This document shows, piece after piece, positions 1-11,074 of a stretch of DNA of 54,595 bases. The notes below the pieces were generated by a model. That model ran no database searches. It saw only the letters and a list, made by a program, of their open reading frames with translations, and was not told where the DNA came from. The translations under genes and the position numbers were made by a program. Each line of letters starts with the position of its first letter. The stretch's first letter is position 1. The stretch is from Octopus bimaculoides (Eukaryota): positions 54,787,890 to 54,842,484 of the forward strand of contig NC_068987.1 of NCBI RefSeq assembly GCF_001194135.2. The letters run 5' to 3'.

Positions 1-27
1 TATATATATATATATATATATATTATT

Positions 28-165
28 CTTTTACTTGTTTCAGTCATTTGACTGCGGCCATGCTGGAGAACCGTCTTGTTCTTTTTTAGTCTAGTACTTA
101 TTGTATCGTTCTCTTTTGCCGAACCGCTAGGTTACGAGGATATAAACACACCAACGCCGGTGTAT
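28..165 (-). mobile_element. SINE family A, 3' part
   Basis: cttttacttgtttcagtcatttgactgcggccatgctggag motif, repeated many times in the window. Confidence 0.8.
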
Positions 166-746
166 GTATCCGTAGATTCAAGATTATGAATTTATAGGAG
201 AAACAAGCTTGTGTTATGTCCATGCTTTCTGTTCGTCCAGAGTATTACAATGACACCATACTTTTTGTATGGCAACCTCATAGGAATCATGTGGGTCAGC
301 AGCATAATGCTGTGAGATGGATGACCAAACAACGGGCCACAACACATGATATGCACCAGTAGTGTGCAACACCACTGAATGCGAACTTGTGATTTTCATT
401 AAGCAAACAACGCAACGATGCATGCAAACATCTTGTTGTGTCGACGCTCCCAAGCGAAAAAGTAGGATCGACCAAGACATATAAATAGTGGTAGTCTAAT
501 CGTGGTAGGAGTTGACTGACGGTCGACTGACAGTTGAGTAGCTGTCGAGTAGCGGTTGAGTAGGGATCATCCGAAGGTGCTAGATAGCAGTAGCTTGAGA
601 CATAACACATCTGCTACCGGGCCAAGTGCTCTGGTCTATTCGACCGGGAGTGTGAACAGGCGACCAAAGTTGATATACTCAAGATGGATTTACTAAAGTG
701 TCTTAGCCTTAAATGTAAAGGAGTTGTGTTCACGGACCCCAATACT

Positions 747-833
747 AACTACGATCTTTTTGAACGCAATAATTTTAATACAAGCTGCTAAAGTTGGAAT
801 TACCACGGCTGATGACACCAGATTGGCCCTCCA
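747..833 (-). pseudogene. Degenerate 18S rRNA fragment (conserved region just before V4)
   Basis: The reverse complement tggagggccaatctggtgtcatcagccgtggtaattccaact...aaaaagatcgtagtt aligns by eye with the conserved eukaryotic 18S segment tggagggcaagtctggtgccagcagccgcggtaattccagct...aaaaagctcgtagtt, with many transitions. Confidence 0.8.
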
Positions 834-1312
834 TACTGCTTGAAAATGTTTGTGTTGACTACTGTACAAGACTTAGTCAAAATGAGGTGGTAGATGTTCG
901 TATACTTTTGGAGGACCTCAGTAACTTATTTGAAGTAAAATGCCTGGAATGAAAACTAAATAACAGATTATATTTGAGTATTGCGTAAGTTTTGATCAAT
1001 TGTACTTGACACTGTCTCAATTAGTATTGATTTCTTTTGATCAAGTAACCATCGATATGCTTTCAGGAGTAGAAAAACAGGATGTTCTGGTGATGTCTTT
1101 TTCAAGTACATTGGCAATCAATAAAAAGAGAAGCAGTTTCTATCGGGGATTTTAAAATGCGTCGCAATTTCAAATTGCCTGAAGTTTGCAATTTCGAAAA
1201 ATATCAATTTACTTTTTTTTCTTTTTTTGAAACAAAAGTTATTTCAAAATTGTTGATTCCCAAGTTTGAGATTATTACTTCTTAAGTTTCAGGTTTCATT
1301 ACTGATCTTTTA

Positions 1313-1570
1313 TCTTTTACTTGTTTCAGTCATGCTGGGACACCGCCTTGAGGGGTATTTAGTCGAACGAATTGACCGCATTACTTTTCTCTAAAGACAG
1401 GTACTTATTCTATCGTTCTCTTTTGCCGAACCGCCAAGTCACAGGGACGTAAACAAACCGACACCGTTGTCAAGCTGTGGTGGAGGACAAACACAGGCAC
1501 AAAGATAGCACGCGCGCGCGCGCGCGCACACACATACGCCGTACTTCTTTCAGTTCCCGACAACCGAGTC
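1313..1570 (-). mobile_element. SINE family A, partial
   Basis: Same tail motif plus the gccgaaccgc...gacaaacacag internal segment. Confidence 0.75.
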
Positions 1571-1864
1571 CTCAAAGCAAGCTTCAACGCTCTTCTTTTA
1601 TAAAAGCATACATACACATACCTACATATCCTCATACATACGCACACATACACACCTACATATACATACATGCATACATATATACATACATGCATACATA
1701 CGTAAATATATACAATCATATATACATGTACACACAATCTTCATCTGATCAACACAAATACACGAATGTTTTGGAAGAGCGTCAAAGCAAAAAAAGAACA
1801 CCTATTCTTTTTATTGTCTAGCTAATTTGTATACTTCAAGACTTCTGTATAAACTCCTATTTTA

Positions 1865-3318
1865 GGATCTAGTTTAAAACGGGGGCACCAGTTTTCATTA
1901 ATGTTTTATGTAGTTTTTTTGGTACCGAAAGACTTTCAAACTTCGTATACTTATCTATTTTGTGTTATAGAACAGAAAAAAATTTTTGTATTCGAATTTA
2001 TTTCATGTAAAAAATTGTCTTATTTCGATAATTTCTACTAATCACTGACGTCTATTCATTTGAAAACAGTTAGCGCTGTAACGGTGTATATCGTATTAAT
2101 CCCCTAACCCTAACTAGACTGTTAACCCTAACCCTAACTCTAGAATCCGAACTCTAAAATTGTTACACACATAGATACGCACAGCGTAATTTATTATATA
2201 AACAATATATNNNNNNNNNNNNNNNNNNNNNNNNNNNNNNNNNNNNNNNNNNNNNNNNNNNNNNNNNNNNNNNNNNNNNNNNNNNNNNNNNNNNNNNNNN
2301 NNNNNNNNNNNNNNNNNNNNNNNNNNNNNNNNNNNNNNNNNNNNNNNNNNNNNNNNNNNNNNNNNNNNNNNNNNNNNNNNNNNNNNNNNNNNNNNNNNNN
2401 NNNNNNNNNNNNNNNNNNNNNNNNNNNNNNNNNNNNNNNNNNNNNNNNNNNNNNNNNNNNNNNNNNNNNNNNNNNNNNNNNNNNNNNNNNNNNNNNNNNN
2501 NNNNNNNNNNNNNNNNNNNNNNNNNNNNNNNNNNNNNNNNNNNNNNNNNNNNNNNNNNNNNNNNNNNNNNNNNNNNNNNNNNNNNNNNNNNNNNNNNNNN
2601 NNNNNNNNNNNNNNNNNNNNNNNNNNNNNNNNNNNNNNNNNNNNNNNNNNNNNNNNNNNNNNNNNNNNNNNNNNNNNNNNNNNNNNNNNNNNNNNNNNNN
2701 NNNNNNNNNNNNNNNNNNNNNNNNNNNNNNNNNNNNNNNNNNNNNNNNNNNNNNNNNNNNNNNNNNNNNNNNNNNNNNNNNNNNNNNNNNNNNNNNNNNN
2801 NNNNNNNNNNNNNNNNNNNNNNNNNNNNNNNNNNNNNNNNNNNNNNNNNNNNNNNNNNNNNNNNNNNNNNNNNNNNNNNNNNNNNNNNNNNNNNNNNNNN
2901 NNNNNNNNNNNNNNNNNNNNNNNNNNNNNNNNNNNNNNNNNNNNNNNNNNNNNNNNNNNNNNNNNNNNNNNNCAAACGATTCTGAAACAATTAACCCTAA
3001 CCCTAACCCTAGGGTTAGAGTTAGGGTTAGGGTTAGGGTTAGGGTTAAAGCAAATTTAAAATGAAAAAAGCAAATAAAACGAAGAATCGTTTGTTTATGT
3101 AGTCGGCACTTAATGTATATCGGCTGAATGGACGTCAGTGATTGGTTGAAATTATCGAAATAAGACAATTTTTTACATGAAATAAATTCGAATACAAAAA
3201 TATTTTTCTGTTCTATAACACAAAATAGATAAGTATACGAAGTTTGAAAGTCTTTCGGTACCAAAAACACTACGTAAAACATTAATGAAAAATGTGGCCC
3301 CCGTTTTAAAAAAGATCC
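1865..3318. mobile_element. Non-autonomous TIR element with long inverted arms (GGATC termini) and internal TTAGGG-like repeats, spanning a gap
   Basis: 1865-2170 and 2973-3318 are reverse complements over about 250-300 bp (ggatctagtttaaaacgggggcacc / ggcccccgttttaaaaaagatcc). Confidence 0.75.
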
Positions 3319-4775
3319 CAACAGTGAATGTAACAAGAATTGTATATAAGAACACTATTTGTACACTTAAGTATCGAGAACTCGCTATTATACACCAACA
3401 CTGTTTAATGTTATATTTTCGCTTATCAAAATTAGTTTGCATGGCAGAAACGGTAGAGACATCTACATTTTGGGGCTGTGAGTAACCATATTCATTTAAT
3501 AACTGACTTCAAACTCCTCTGGGGCTTCTGCTTGTTATTCGTTCTTGGAATCAACAAAAAAAACCGTCAAAATGCAGTGTAAANNNNNNNNNNATATATA
3601 TATATATATAAATATAATATACGTATACGCACACGCGCTTATATGCACTCAGTACAACGCCTACAGAGTGGTTAAGTTTATTATTATTAGATAAAATCGA
3701 AATTTACAATATGGCTATAATGTTTCGCTGAACTCTTCAGAATGTCGTATTAGTATGACACGAAGATGAAAGGTTAATGTAAGTCTGTTGACATGGTTAC
3801 TAATTTAAAGTGAAAACAAAATCAAGCAAGCCGATATGAAAGAAGAAAGAATCTTGCGGAAACAAAAGAGTAGAAAGCAAAAGCTAAGCTTTAACATCGA
3901 TGGACTTACGAACGTTAAGAATGCTCGGGGTGAAATAGTATAGAACAGGAGATGCGAAACGAAAGTAAAACAATATGACTAGAAGAACACAAGCATATAT
4001 GTGTGTGCATACAAGCATGCATATGTACACATGTACATAAAACGCTGTTGCTAGCGGCATGTACATAAAACGCTATTGCTCGTAGTGTGAAAAGTCGGTC
4101 GGTTGTTGATATTTGTACGACCTAACATTTTTAAAAATGCAGGTATTAATCCAGTCTATAACGTAAAGATCACAAGGATTTGTTTTTTCTGCGTATACTT
4201 TGGTCATAGAAATCGGCACCAGTCCATGACTGGTATTTAGGTACATGTTTTATCGAGCCATGAAGCGTAACTGATCCCGGTACGTAACGAAGAGAAACGT
4301 AACTGGATATCACAAGAACAATCTGATGTCCAATTGACTTTGCCACCTGACACCATTCACTATATAGGATAATGTCTTTCTTTGAACACTCACCTGCTTG
4401 CTGGAGTCGTAGGGACGCCGTGGTGACACACTGTATGCCTTAGGCGTTTAAGACCTGGCAGAACCCATCGCTCGCTGTGATCGAACNNNNNNNNNNNNNN
4501 NNNNNNNNNNNNNNNNNNNNNNNNNNNNNNNNNNNNNNNNNNNNNNNNNNNNNNNNNNNNNNNNNNNNNNNNNNNNNNNNNNNNNNNNNNNNNNNNNNNN
4601 NNNNNNNNNNNNNNNNNNNNNNNNNNNNNNNNTATCGAGCCATGAAGCGTAACTGATCCCGGTACGTAACGAAGAGAAACGTAACTGGATATCATAAGAA
4701 CAATCTGATGTCCAATTGACTTTGCCACCTAACACCATTCACTATATAGGATAATGTCTTTCTTTGAACACTCAC

Positions 4776-4873
4776 CTGCTTGCTGGAGTCGTAGGGACGC
4801 CGTGGTGACACACTGTATGCCTTAGGCGTTTAAGACCTGGCAGAACCCATCGCTCGCTGTGATCGAACCACAG
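4776..4873 (-). CDS. Candidate coding exon (LWFDHSERWVLPGLKRLRHTVCHHGVPTTPAS) of an unidentified multi-exon gene
   Basis: Strong donor AG|gtgagt after 4776. Acceptor tttag at 4874, with an alternative stronger ttctag acceptor at 4884. 98 nt, open in phase 0 and compatible with the upstream exon if that exon uses the 5218 donor. Confidence 0.6.
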
Positions 4874-5218
4874 CTAAATTCATCTAGAAAAAGAGACATA
4901 AATAAACAGAAAAAAAAGTTCAAGAGAAAGATCAACCTCAGTGCAAAGCTAGTACATTATTTATCGATCCTGAAATGATGAAAACTAAAACTGATCTCGA
5001 GAGGATTCGAACTCAGAAAGCCGGAACAATTACTGCAAGCTATCTATCCGAAATTTTAACAATTCTACCAATCGACTGTCTATATAATTAATATAGGGAC
5101 AGTGAGACAAATGTAGAATTTTCTGTTACTATGGAAGCACATCGCCGAAACAACTGAGCTAACATCATGTAAAATTTGAGATTGCAGTTAAACAGTAAAG
5201 ATACATACGGATACGGAC

Positions 5219-5310
5219 TTGATTAATTGAGGGAAGTTTGTTTGTGCCTATAATATAGCGATGTCGTCTTTTTATAACATTTTTCATATCAATTCTGTGA
5301 TTACACAAAT
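5219..5310 (-). CDS. Candidate coding exon ((D)LCNHRIDMKNVIKRRHRYIIGTNKLPSINQ) of the same gene
   Basis: Acceptor ttcag at 5311; only one of three frames is open; donors gtccgt (5218) or gtatgt (5208); its phase 1 start matches the exon at 8888-8958. Confidence 0.65.
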
Positions 5311-5824
5311 CTGAATGTAATGGAAGAGAGGAAATTTATTATCTGATTTACTGCAAGCCATTCAACAGTTTTACATCCATTCCTTATTTTCACTTTCTGT
5401 TTGTCCTCACACACACACACAAACAAACACACATACACATATTCATTCATTCAATCATTCATACGCCTTATGCTGACATACTGAATAGTACGTGAACCAA
5501 TTATTACAGTTTTAAGCGGGAAGGAAAAAGTGAGAAGCTACACAAAATAGTAAGGATATTTTTTTTTCACTACACTAAGTAACAACAGATCATATCCTGT
5601 GGCCAATGATGCAACTGCACTGTGTGACTGATAAATAACGCATTTTTTAGCTTAAATATGTATAAGTCAACCTAAATATGTCAAAGGAAATTATATAAAC
5701 ATCTACTTCACAATTACTTCAGAACCAATGCAATTCTACACGAAGTTTACAATTATAACCCGTATAAAAACTATGACTGTTCAATTTGTTATAGTTTAAC
5801 ATTTGTTTTACCATGCCTTTTGTG

Positions 5825-6165
5825 CTCTCTCTCTCTGCTGGGTAGCCATGTACCTCCTCTTTAGCACGACACCTGTTTCTGCCTCTCCGTCACACTAACC
5901 TTTCATCATCTGACACAAGATCACCTCCTCCAATTCCCCCTTCCCCTCTCAAAATTCCTTGTCTTGCAAGTTACTTGGTGAACCTGCCGGTGCTGGTGCC
6001 ACGTACCTGTGAAGTGGTTGGCATTTGGAAGGGCATCCAGCTGTAAAAAAAAAACGTGCTAGTGCCTCGTAAAAAGCAATAGCCTGGTGTAGTCTTCCAC
6101 CTGGCCGGCCCCTGTTAAACCGCCCAACCCATGAAAGCATTGAGGGCGGACGTTAAACGATGAGT
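5825..6165 (+). mobile_element. RTE-type LINE/SINE 3' end
   Basis: aagggcatccagctgt...aaaccgcccaaccc...ggacgttaaacgatgagtgag resembles RTE-clade 3' tails as I recall them. Confidence 0.55.
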
Positions 6166-6319
6166 GAGTGCGTGCGTGCGTGCGTGTGTGAAGTCGATGG
6201 CTGGAAATTATGGTATTACATGTATTTTTGTAGTTACGTTTGTACCATCACTACATGGAGCATATATTTTATGAATAGAAATATTAACATGGGTATATAG
6301 CAGTTTGTTATATTTCTTT

Positions 6320-6890
6320 CCCATTTCAGCACGCCGGGCAAGGTGCTTAGTGGCATTTCGTCAGCCTCTACGTTCTACGATCAAATTCCGCTGAGGTTGA
6401 ATTCACCTTTCATTGTTTCAGGGTTGATAAAATAAGTACCAGTTGAGCACTGGCGTCGATTTAATTGACTTGGATCCTTTCCCGAAACTTCTGGCCTTGT
6501 GCCAAAATTTGGAACCCATTTTTCATTCACAATTAAGGCGGCGAGATTGCAGAATCGTTATCACGCAGGGCAAAATGCTTAGTGGTATTTCGTCCGTCTT
6601 TATGTTCTGAGTTCAAATTCCACCGAGCTCGACTTTGTATTTCATCTTTTTAGGGTTTATAAAATAAGTACCAGTTGAGCACTGGGGTCGATGTAATCGA
6701 CTCATTCCCTCCCCCGAAATTGTTGGCCTTGAGGCAAAATTTGAAACCAAAATTTCTTTCTAATCTAGACAAAAGGCCAACATTTTCGAGAGGAAGGGCA
6801 ATCGATTACATCAACCCCAGTAATTGACTGGTACTTTACTTCATCGACCTAAAAAGGATGACCGTGGCAAGATTTAATTTCATAACATAA
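6320..6890. mobile_element. Cluster of tRNA-derived SINE family E copies (two +, one -)
   Basis: gcagaatcgttagcacg...gagttcaaattcc (B box)...gggtcgataaaataagtaccagttgagcactgggg repeated. Confidence 0.8.
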
Positions 6891-6924
6891 AGACTTGGAA
6901 GAAATAAAAGTAAGTGAAGTTGCA

Positions 6925-7162
6925 TTTTCGAGTCATGCTGACTCATAAGGGCCGCTTTTCGGGTTTCCATGGCGTAAAAATTCCCCACCTGGATGGGCGC
7001 CTGTCCATCGCAAAACTCCTTTTTTTACTAGTCGGGTGGACTGGAGCAACGTGAAATGAAATGTCTTGCTCAAGAGCACAACGCGTTACCCGGTCCAGGA
7101 ATCGAAACCACAATCTTACTACCATAAGTCCAACACACTAACCACTAAACCACGCGCCTCCA
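6925..7162 (-). mobile_element. tRNA-derived SINE family D
   Basis: Minus-strand head ggaggcgcgtggtttagtggttag...ggtttcgattcctggacc (A and B boxes); same family as 46775-47027. Confidence 0.8.
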
Positions 7163-8068
7163 GAAATTGGAAGAAATTCCATTATGTGTTTTGTCCGACG
7201 CCCTAACGATTCAGCGCCCTTGCTGTCTTCATGGATTTGTAATATTACAGCGTATTGCTGGCCTTGTGCCAACATTTGGAACCAATATTACAACATATTA
7301 ATGTAAACCATGCGCATCTCCTTTAGACAAAAATTCATAAGTAATACATTTTGCATTTGGAAGAATGCGGTACGTATAGTTTTTGTATGCTAGAAAAAAA
7401 AAGGAAATTAAATTTAAAAGAAAATGTTTTAATATACAGAATTTTTCGACAGACAGGCAGATAGCATAATCTCAAACACAAAAATTAATTAATGAGGGTA
7501 TTTAATATGAACAATTCGTGTGTGTGTGTGTGTGTGCGTAAACGTAAGATCCAAGGATCAAGATGTAGGAAGTTAGTGAGCTTCGAGCAGTCCGTAGAAG
7601 ATATAAAAATCAACTATCAGGAACAATAGTAGTTTATTGGCGTAGAAGGTTGTGAATTTTTCCCGTATCGAAGTATAAGATGAAAAAACGTTATTTTATA
7701 GTTCACGGTTGGCAACTGGGGATGCTGCATATGCGAAAAAGTATCCCAAAATTAGGGAATGGAGTAGATAATATCCAAGCTACATATGTTTCATAGCTAG
7801 CGGAACCTCAGAAGTAGTAATTATCCAAATGAGGGGTAGACCGCAAGCTACTCTTCAGGTCAAGGAAACCTTGATTACATGATGTTTACATTGTCATTAG
7901 GAGATCTCGTGTTAACTCGCAGGGGATTCGATCGAAATATATGCGTATATATTATGTATTGATTGTCTTTGTTGAAATTAGTGCACCTATTGGCCTCCTG
8001 ATGTCAAAATGATTGCAGTAACAATGTATGCGTATGTGTTGTGTTTGTACATATATACATGCGCGCGC

Positions 8069-8099
<31 letters not shown>

Positions 8100-8887
8100 T
8101 GTGCGCGCGCGTAGATAACAACCTCACAAATCGCCACGAATGAGATTATGAGGCGAAGAGGAAATAAGCAAACAAATTATACACGGAGATAATCGTATAC
8201 AAGCATACAGTTATACAAAAGCACGTGATTGAAAGAAAGCATAGAAATATAAAGCGGAAAACAGCAAAGTATCTAATGAAGGTAAATATACTAAAGGAAG
8301 AAGCAGAAGTTGACTTAAACATTTTGGCAGATACATTTTATCAGAAAGAAGAAAAAGTATTAAGAGAGGCAAGAGAAAAAGAAAAAAGTATACAATACTG
8401 AATTTAAGAGGCCTGGGGTAGAATGAAAGCTGAGAAGTGAAATAGAATGACCAGAAGTGGAGTCACAATCTGGAGACCACAGAGAGGTTAAGTGAGTATA
8501 AAGGGATGAAGTGTGAGAGACAGAAAAATGTAAGTAGAGCAAGAATAAGGGAGAATAGGGAAAAAGAGTAAAAGGAGGGAGGAATGAAGAGTGACGGAAA
8601 AGAAGGTGAAAACTAATGATGGAGAGTAAGGGAGGTAAATGGGAAGCTAACGATACAAGTGCTTTTGTGAATACGTGTGTATAGTGAGGTGTAGTTAAAT
8701 ATGCATGGTTTTCATTTCTATTGAGCTTAAATAGTATCTGTTGTGTGTTTAAGTGTTGTATTAGGGATGTTAAACAGTTATTGACGAATAACAACATTTA
8801 GTGGGTTATGTGTTATGTTGATAATGATCACACTAATATCCTATTAATTCTCATACACTTTCATTAACCTGGAAAATTTGCATTTAC

Positions 8888-8958
8888 CTGCATACCATTG
8901 CTGAATAAATAGAACAGCATTCAAGAGATATCGAGTGGAAAAGTGCAAGCTTTCATTG
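8888..8958 (-). CDS. Candidate coding exon (NESLHFSTRYLLNAVLFIQQWYA)
   Basis: Donor CAG|gtaaat; acceptor tttag at 8959 (alternative ttcag at 8901). 71 nt with phase 2 start and phase 1 end, which joins both neighbouring exons in frame. Confidence 0.55.
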
Positions 8959-9004
8959 CTAAATAGACTATACATAATTATTGATTTCAAAGATTATACA
9001 TATT

Positions 9005-9365
9005 TATTGATTTCAAATTTTGGCACAGGGCCAGCAAGTTCAGGGGTGGTACTTATTCTATCGACCCCAAAAAGATGAAGGGCAAACTGGACCTCGGTGG
9101 AATTTGAACTCAGAACGTGAAGACGGACGAAATGCCGCTAAGCATCATAACTATTGATTTGAAATTTTGGAACAAAGCTAGTAAATTCAGGGGAGGGCTT
9201 AAGTCGATGACATCGATCCCAGTGTTTAACTGGTACTTATTTTTATCGAGCCGAGAGGATGAAAGGCAAAGTCGACCCCGGCAGCATTTGAACTCAGAAC
9301 GTATAAAGATGGACGAAATGCTGCTAAGAATTTTGCCCGCCGTGCTAACGATACTACCAGTTCAT
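9005..9365 (-). mobile_element. Two SINE family E copies
   Basis: Reverse complement of the family E core, present twice. Confidence 0.75.
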
Positions 9366-9439
9366 AACCTTAAGACTATACGTAATTATTGAGAGCAAAT
9401 TAAGTAGAAGGAACGCGAAAGCTGATTGACATCTCAAGT

Positions 9440-9560
9440 CATTCTAGGTTGAACAAGTATAAAAAATGGGATGACATCCATTATGGAACTGGAACTAAAT
9501 GACAGCCTCTTTGAAATTCAGACAGTTCCAAGGCTTCTTTTGTACTTGTACATGGCATGA
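9440..9560 (-). pseudogene. Short Tc1-like transposase N-terminal remnant
   Basis: Translates to ...ELSEFQRGCHL, similar to Tc1 N-termini (ELSEFxRGxIVG). Confidence 0.35.
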
Positions 9561-10149
9561 TTGAACAGTCACATATAGAATCTGAAACATAAAAATGCCA
9601 ATAAGAAATATAGACCTTTACAAGTTAGAATAAACAGAAAACGATGTTTTATGGGGTGTCTATTTACTTCTAACATGTGTTTANNNNNNNNNNNNNNNNN
9701 NNNNNNNNNNNNNNNNNNNNNNNNNNNNNNNNNNNNNNNNNNNNNNNNNNNNNNNNNNNNNNNNNNNNNNNNNNNNNNNNNNNNNNNNNNNNNNNNNNNN
9801 NNNNNNNNNNNNNNNNNNNNNNNNNNNNNNNNNNNNNNNNNNNNNNNNNNNNNNNNNNNNNNNNNNNNNNNNNNNNNNNNNNNNNNNNNNNNNNNNNNNN
9901 NNNNNNNNNNNNNNNNNNNNNNNNNNNNNNNNNNNNNNNNNNNNNNNNNNNNNNNNNNNNNNNNNNNNNNNNNNNNNNNNNNNNNNNNNNNNNNNNNNNN
10001 NNNNNNNNNNNNNNNNNNNNNNNNNNNNNNNNNNNNNNNNNNNNNNNNNNNNNNNNNNNNNNNNNNNNNNNNNNNNNNNNNNNNNNNNNNNNNNNNNNNN
10101 NNNNNNNNNNNNNNNNNNCTAATTGACGATTCCCTGCCCTATATCTGTG

Positions 10150-10198
<49 letters not shown>

Positions 10199-10234
10199 AT
10201 ATAATATACTATACTATAATATAATATATATATA

Positions 10235-10595
10235 TTCTTTTACTTGTTTCAGTCATTTGACTGCCGCCATGCTGGGGCACCGCCTTTAATCGAGCAAATT
10301 GATCCAAGGACTTATTCTATCGGTTTCTTTTGCCGAATTGCTAACACATGAGCATCGGTTGTCAAGTGATGTTGGGGGGACAAATACAGACACAAATATA
10401 TACATATATATATACATATATATGTTTGTATACGACGGGCTTCTTTCAGTTTCCGTCTACCAAATCCACTCACAAGGCTCTGGCCGGCCCGAAGCTATAG
10501 TAGAAAACACTTGCCTAACGTGCCACGCAGTGGGACTGAACCCAGAACTTGTGGTTGGTAAGCAAGCTACTTACCACACAGCCACTCCTGCGTCT
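10235..10595 (-). mobile_element. Full composite SINE family A (tRNA head, internal (TA/CA)n, tail)
   Basis: Head agacgcaggagtggctgtgtggtaag...gggttcagtccc, then the gtgagtggatttggtagacggaaactgaaagaagccc module, a microsatellite and the tail. Confidence 0.85.
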
Positions 10596-11074
10596 ATCAT
10601 TTAACTTCGGTAGTAGTCGAATAATATTCTTAAGGCCACAATTTGTTCGCACGCACCATCTTTCAGAACTTGTCGCTAATTCAGTTCGTAACCAAATTAA
10701 AAACTTGACACTTTTGAAGAGGACGAGTCGCTAGCAACATTTTGGCATAAGAATTTCAGGTTTGATCCAGTAGAAAAAAAATTACATCAAAATTTGTAGC
10801 AACATTATAGGAGAGTAAATAACGCCACTAATCAAGTTTAGATGTAAACTTCTTTTTTATTTTATTCGTAAAATATATTTATCTTAGCTTCAATGAGAGA
10901 AAAAAGCACGAAGAATTTTATAGTTTTGTTCCCAAACAACAAAANNNNNNNNNNNNNNNNNNNNNNNNNNNNNNNNNNNNNNNNNNNNNNNNNNNNNNNN
11001 NNNNNNNNNNNNNNNNNNNNNNNNNNNNNNNNNNNNNNNNNNNNGACAACTTATGAGGGTTCAGCAATTTATTA

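Noticed and set aside
214-610. Two overlapping minus-strand ORFs (88 and 104 aa)
   Set aside because: No recognisable motif or splice context; probably TE debris.
3880-3990. Possible next minus-strand exon ending at gtaagt
   Set aside because: The frame required by the upstream exon hits a stop, and the body is pyrimidine-tract-like.
8150-8720. Strongly purine-skewed stretch with a 145-aa antisense ORF
   Set aside because: Low complexity; no domain recognisable.
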